Assembly: GCA_965215885.1 (NCBI GenBank)
Contig: CBDCEW010000099.1
Span: forward strand, 86,742 to 150,741
Direction of reading: 5' to 3'
Length of the DNA stretch: 64,000 nt
DNA from: Candidatus Moanibacter sp.
Lineage (GTDB): Bacteria > Verrucomicrobiota > Verrucomicrobiia > Opitutales > UBA2987
Shown here: positions 59,726 to 64,000 of the stretch, one piece after another
Numbering within the stretch: the stretch's first letter is position 1
Layout: the number at the start of each line of letters is the position of its first letter
The notes under the pieces: model-generated
The model's database searches: none
What the model saw: only the letters and a program-made list of their open reading frames with translations
Told to the model about the DNA's origin: nothing
Translations under genes and position numbers: made by a program

Positions 59726-61981
59726 CTACTCGAGGAGTGTTTGGATCGCTTTGTCAGTGTTAACGAGTCTTTCCGCGAGAAGATGCATGAGGAAGTTGTG
59801 GAAGGAGATAGCGATATCGGGATCTTTTTCCTGCATCGAACTGAGCGCCTTCTGGGTGAGCCGATAGACGGTACTGGCGCGGTTCGCTACGACGGAGGCG
59901 GAACGCGGCTCACCGAGGATGAGACCCAGTTCGCCGACAATGGTGCCAGCGCACATCGTGCGAAGTCTGAGGGACTCGTGTTGGTCGATCTCGAGGCGTG
60001 CCGTGACCTGGCCGTTTTCGATGAGATAGAGGTCATCAGAAGGCTCGTTCTGTTTCATTAAGACGTGGCCCTCAGCGATTTCCATGCGTTCGAAATAGCT
60101 CAGGAGCTTATCCAGATTGGCGGATTCTGGAAAGCTTCTCTTAAGCTGATCGCGGAGAGTGATGGCCTCGAACTCGGCGGCGTCGACATGCTCGCCGGCG
60201 AGAATCTGATTCTCACACCATTCCAGTCCGTGATCGATATCGGGGAAAGTGCGAAAAACATCGGGTGGGGCACTGTCAAATTCCTCCTTCGCTAACTGGC
60301 GCCATATCTCGTGGGAAAGATGCGTAAATATCAGGGTGAAGCCATTCTGCTCAGCCAATTGGCGCATCCTGACGAAACTCAATATGGAGGATGAATCAAT
60401 GCCTGTAACGTGGGTAAAATCCAACATCATAAATCGGAGAGAAGATTGCTCGGGATCGTCGATCCTGGCGCGGACCTGATTGAGGAGGCCGTTAGCGGTG
60501 CCGAAAAATATGTAACCCTGCAATTTGAGGAGATACAATTGTGGCCCTTTCTCCGTGAGTATTCGATAATGGGGGGCGGGCCGATCTACGTTACTCTGTT
60601 GATGCGAACCGGTGAGAGCATGCTTAACGACGTTTACGTTGCTGTAGTTGACCAGAAAGAGAATGATGCATGCTATGATCCCCACTCCGACGCCGTGCAA
60701 ATATCCGAAGAGTGCTACGAAAGCCAGGATTATAACGACGATGGTATAGTCGGCTTTTGTAATGCGAAACCAGGCGTCGTAGAGCCATTCCACAAGAAAG
60801 TGCATGCCTAGAAAAAAGAGGAGTCCGCCGAGGACAAACCTTGGGAAAAAGGTCATTACGGCAGGCCCGAGCCAGAGCATGAGGGCACAGACGACGGATG
60901 CGACGATACCGACAACGCGGCTCTCCGCGCCCATTTTGAGAGCGAGCCGCGAGATACTCAGAGTGTGGAACCCAACCGTGCCGCCGCCCAGTCCGATGAG
61001 TATATTCGCCACACCGGCGGTTTTTAATTCGTGATTGAGATCGATATCCGTTTTGGCCACGAGCTCGAGGGCTCCCGAATTCATAAGGACGGAAATGACG
61101 GCGATTAGAATAATAGTGGCAATGTTGACGGACTGTCCGAGAATAACAGACCAATCGGCCTGAGAAAATGCGGCGAAGGTAAGGGGCTTCCAGGGGTCGG
61201 AGTCTGGAAATGGGCCGAGGAGCCAGCCATTGCTTCGAGCCACCTCGGCTGTAATACCGGTGGAGAAGAGTATGAGGTAAAAGAGTGCAACTGCGCCGAG
61301 GAGGAGTGTCGGCATAGTGAGAAAGTGGGTAATTCGGCGAGTGACCATCACCATAATCGATCCGAAAAACACGCCCGTTATCCATTTGGCGAAAATGGCG
61401 CCCTCAAACAGCCGTGGAATGTCTGAGGCGTGGATATGGAATCCCGCTGTTACACCGATGGAGCCGCGGACGAGAAGCCAGCCGGTTCCGGCGAGAAATC
61501 CGCCGATGACAGGGTAGGGAATGAAGCGTATGAGCGCGCCCAGCTTGAAGAAGCCGAGTGCCAGAAGAAAAATGCCAGTGGCGAGGGAGGCCAATGAGAT
61601 GGCGGCGACAACAGTGAAAAACATCTCCCGGGTAGGGACCTTTCCCGACAGCTGTGCAACCGCGGCAGTAGCGATAACAGCGAGTATGGGCGCCACCCTT
61701 TCCTGCGGATAGGCGAGCATTCCCCGGTAGGAGCTTCCAATCGAAACGATTCCGGTGATAAGGATGCCGGAGAAGAGCATGAGACTGATTGCTTCGTCGA
61801 GGTGCACTTCAAGTTCACCGGAAAAGATCAGGGTTGCCAGGGACACCGCGACAAATACGACGATGATGCTCACGACAAACCCCGCGTTTATGTTCGGAAT
61901 GAGGCGTTTGGGTTCTAATTCGAACAGGATCGCTTCTTTCAGGGAACGCTGAGGAAGGCCGCTTTTCGTGTTCTCGTTCAT
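59726..61981 (-). CDS. SulP family anion transporter with STAS and cNMP-binding domains
   Basis: FIPYPVIGGFLAG.G, D.N.EL, LQGYIFFGTA, D...V.G.DSS, LEWCE, G..VGE.G...PRSA. Confidence 0.92.
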   Translation of the reverse strand: MNENTKSGLPQRSLKEAILFELEPKRLIPNINAGFVVSIIVVFVAVSLATLIFSGELEVHLDEAISLMLFSGILITGIVSIGSSYRGMLAYPQERVAPILAVIATAAVAQLSGKVPTREMFFTVVAAISLASLATGIFLLALGFFKLGALIRFIPYPVIGGFLAGTGWLLVRGSIGVTAGFHIHASDIPRLFEGAIFAKWITGVFFGSIMVMVTRRITHFLTMPTLLLGAVALFYLILFSTGITAEVARSNGWLLGPFPDSDPWKPLTFAAFSQADWSVILGQSVNIATIILIAVISVLMNSGALELVAKTDIDLNHELKTAGVANILIGLGGGTVGFHTLSISRLALKMGAESRVVGIVASVVCALMLWLGPAVMTFFPRFVLGGLLFFLGMHFLVEWLYDAWFRITKADYTIVVIILAFVALFGYLHGVGVGIIACIILFLVNYSNVNVVKHALTGSHQQSNVDRPAPHYRILTEKGPQLYLLKLQGYIFFGTANGLLNQVRARIDDPEQSSLRFMMLDFTHVTGIDSSSILSFVRMRQLAEQNGFTLIFTHLSHEIWRQLAKEEFDSAPPDVFRTFPDIDHGLEWCENQILAGEHVDAAEFEAITLRDQLKRSFPESANLDKLLSYFERMEIAEGHVLMKQNEPSDDLYLIENGQVTARLEIDQHESLRLRTMCAGTIVGELGLILGEPRSASVVANRASTVYRLTQKALSSMQEKDPDIAISFHNFLMHLLAERLVNTDKAIQTLLE

Positions 61982-61983
61982 AT

Positions 61984-63189
61984 TTAGATTCCTGTGAGGC
62001 TTCTAAACTGCGCGCTGAAGACACCGTAACTGATGAGGGCCATGGCGGGAACGACAAAGCCGCCGATTCCCGGGATCCATTGAAGACCGATCAAGACAAA
62101 GAAAAGCAGCATGATCAGCAATTTGATGAAAAGACGCCGTCCCAGAGGAACGTATTGTCTAAATGGGGCGACCAATCGCAATCGGTAATAAATCACGCCC
62201 GGCACGAGACCTATGACGGGAATGAGGCTAAGCAGGAAACTAACACCACAGACTACCGGAACCCGTTTTCGGATTCGGCTGAGGTAACTCCGGGCGAATT
62301 CTTTCTCACCCATAAGTTGGTGTCCGCAAGCTTCGCAAGTCTGATGCACGGATCTTTTCGGAAATCGCGTAGCACAGACAGGGCAGCGTTTCTTGGCGAC
62401 GAGATAATAAGGAGGGGCTTCGAGATCGTCTTCCGCTTCATGTTTGGACTGCCCGAGGATTCCGAGCTTATCCGGCTTTTCCCTCTTCGCTCCGCAGTGA
62501 GGGCAGGCCAGGGCGGAGCGATAGACGCTCTCCCGGCAATCCCCGCATTCGACCTTCGACTTCTCTTCTCGGTATTGAGCGAATTTCTGAGCAAGAAAGA
62601 GAATCGTGAGTGCGACACCGTTGAGGAGGAGCATGAAGATGGGAAAGAGAAGGAGGGCAAAGATACCCACTGTTGCCCAGATATCCTCCGCCCAACTTAT
62701 GAGGGATTGGATGCCGAGGTCGTCGTCTTCGTCTGCCTCTCTTAACGCGTTCAGAAGGTTAACGCGCAACTTGCTCCCGGTTAAGACAGCTCCTGCGACA
62801 ATGAGAACAGCAAAGGTGTCGGTTACGCCGGCTTGGGAGATATTCTCTTTGATAAACTGGATATCAACCGCGCTCAGCAGCCCGAGGTAGGAGAGTCCCG
62901 CCAGAGCCGTTTTAGAGTACCCGTCAATTTCCGCGAGGGCAGTTCGGGCTTCGGGCATTTTGTCGGCCGCAATTTCGAGGATGGAGAGCAGACCCAAAGC
63001 GGTGATCGTGCCGCCGTGAGTAAACCAGGTAGGTTCCTGGGTGGCATTCTTTAGCAGATTTAGACTCTCGATATACGGTATGGCGCTCCCATAGCGCAGG
63101 GTAACAGCAGTGACTAAGGCGGGCAGGAAAGCGCGCGAAGAAAACATACCGACCGAACCAAAACCATGAATAAGGGAATTGATATCCAT
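61984..63189 (-). CDS. DUF4126-like membrane protein with four CxxC (zinc ribbon) motifs
   Basis: RAFLP.L, LEI.ADK.P, SW.ED; CGDC, CPHC, CPVC, CEAC. Confidence 0.7.
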   Translation of the reverse strand: MDINSLIHGFGSVGMFSSRAFLPALVTAVTLRYGSAIPYIESLNLLKNATQEPTWFTHGGTITALGLLSILEIAADKMPEARTALAEIDGYSKTALAGLSYLGLLSAVDIQFIKENISQAGVTDTFAVLIVAGAVLTGSKLRVNLLNALREADEDDDLGIQSLISWAEDIWATVGIFALLLFPIFMLLLNGVALTILFLAQKFAQYREEKSKVECGDCRESVYRSALACPHCGAKREKPDKLGILGQSKHEAEDDLEAPPYYLVAKKRCPVCATRFPKRSVHQTCEACGHQLMGEKEFARSYLSRIRKRVPVVCGVSFLLSLIPVIGLVPGVIYYRLRLVAPFRQYVPLGRRLFIKLLIMLLFFVLIGLQWIPGIGGFVVPAMALISYGVFSAQFRSLTGI

Positions 63190-63302
63190 TATTACAGTAA
63201 CAATCCGATCCTCAGTTTAACCGTGGGATGGATTGGAAGAATGGAATGATGGGGCCCGGCCGTTGTTACAAGCGGAATGGGGAAGTACCGTGAGGAAGCG
63301 GA

Positions 63303-63998
63303 TTAGACAGAACGCCTGCGGCGCCTTCTCCTGAGAGCATTGATGAGAAGCGCTGATGTGACTCCGGACGCGAGTAACAGGCTGATTGACGGCTCTGGAA
63401 TGACGGCAACATAGATGCCCTCCGTCCCATCACTGAAACTGGCACTAAAGGCGACCTTGTCGCCGCTTATTGCTCCGTCAATATGAATATTGAGATCTGT
63501 GATGGATTTTCCATCCAAGGTGTCATTCGTATCTATGAGCTTAACCAGATTTCCATTTAATTCCAGGAATAAGCCCGTCTCTCCTGAAAACCCTGAAGCC
63601 TCTACATCCCCGAGGCCGATGATTGAAGCAATAGAAATATCAAAGTCGCCTTCAAAGATAATGGTGCTCCCTTCTATTGAGGTGTCATTTAAATCGAAAC
63701 CGACAAAGGTTGCAAATCTCCCGGGAACGGTGGTGCTTTCATCGGCTACCACTCTAAGAGTGCCTCCCAGATCGGTGTAGATACCCTCGTTGCCGCTGGC
63801 GTCGCTTCCACCGAAGACAGCGGCGCCGTTATCGATGGATGGCTCGGAAAGACTGTCAAAAATAGTGCTGGTGGTGCCGGGAATAATGGTGTTGACAGTA
63901 TCGGCTATGCTCTCGAACACGCCGCCTGTTGTAACGGTAAAGAGAAGGCTACCAAAGTCTTCACCGTCCGTAATGGAGCTCTCGACTCCAATCCTTGT
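63303..63998 (-). CDS. PEP-CTERM surface protein (5' end beyond window)
   Basis: Frame open to the edge; beta-rich repeats (IADT..T.IPG / VADE.T.VPG); IPEP + TM + RRRRRRR. Confidence 0.9.
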   Translation of the reverse strand, partial: TRIGVESSITDGEDFGSLLFTVTTGGVFESIADTVNTIIPGTTSTIFDSLSEPSIDNGAAVFGGSDASGNEGIYTDLGGTLRVVADESTTVPGRFATFVGFDLNDTSIEGSTIIFEGDFDISIASIIGLGDVEASGFSGETGLFLELNGNLVKLIDTNDTLDGKSITDLNIHIDGAISGDKVAFSASFSDGTEGIYVAVIPEPSISLLLASGVTSALLINALRRRRRRRSV

Positions 63999-64000
63999 AC

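Overview
A gene-dense 64-kb bacterial chromosomal segment, most likely from Verrucomicrobiota/Opitutales. That placement is an inference from the PEP-CTERM protein, the NYN+DUF2851 pair, nusA-infB without rimP, and ECF/anti-sigma pairs. Housekeeping genes: fumC, a cysteine desulfurase, ruvC, queA, acs, nusA-infB-rbfA-DHH-truB-ribF and msrA. Accessory genes: two ECF sigma/anti-sigma modules; a GT2/MerA-like/TVP38/DUF547 cluster; an M14 carboxypeptidase; a signal-peptide-bearing MTAP-like protein; NamZ; an MFS-HEAT fusion; two divergent S26-like paralogs; an OPT transporter; and a cNMP-kinase/HD/CBS/SulP-STAS-cNMP neighbourhood. There are four IS elements. ISL3 (8-bp TSD) and IS4 (9-bp TSD) are complete, ISNCY has terminal IRs, and a large two-ORF Mutator/IS256-like element is split at an A8 run. 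The most striking non-gene signal is a dense, nested set of small repeats: several MITE families with TAG/CTA ends that often coincide with gene stop codons, GTAG REPINs with a fixed 17-nt spacer and compensatory changes, and 16-20-bp mini-palindromes lying inside other repeats. No CRISPR array, rRNA or tRNA was found. All calls come from motif reading by eye; no database searches were run.
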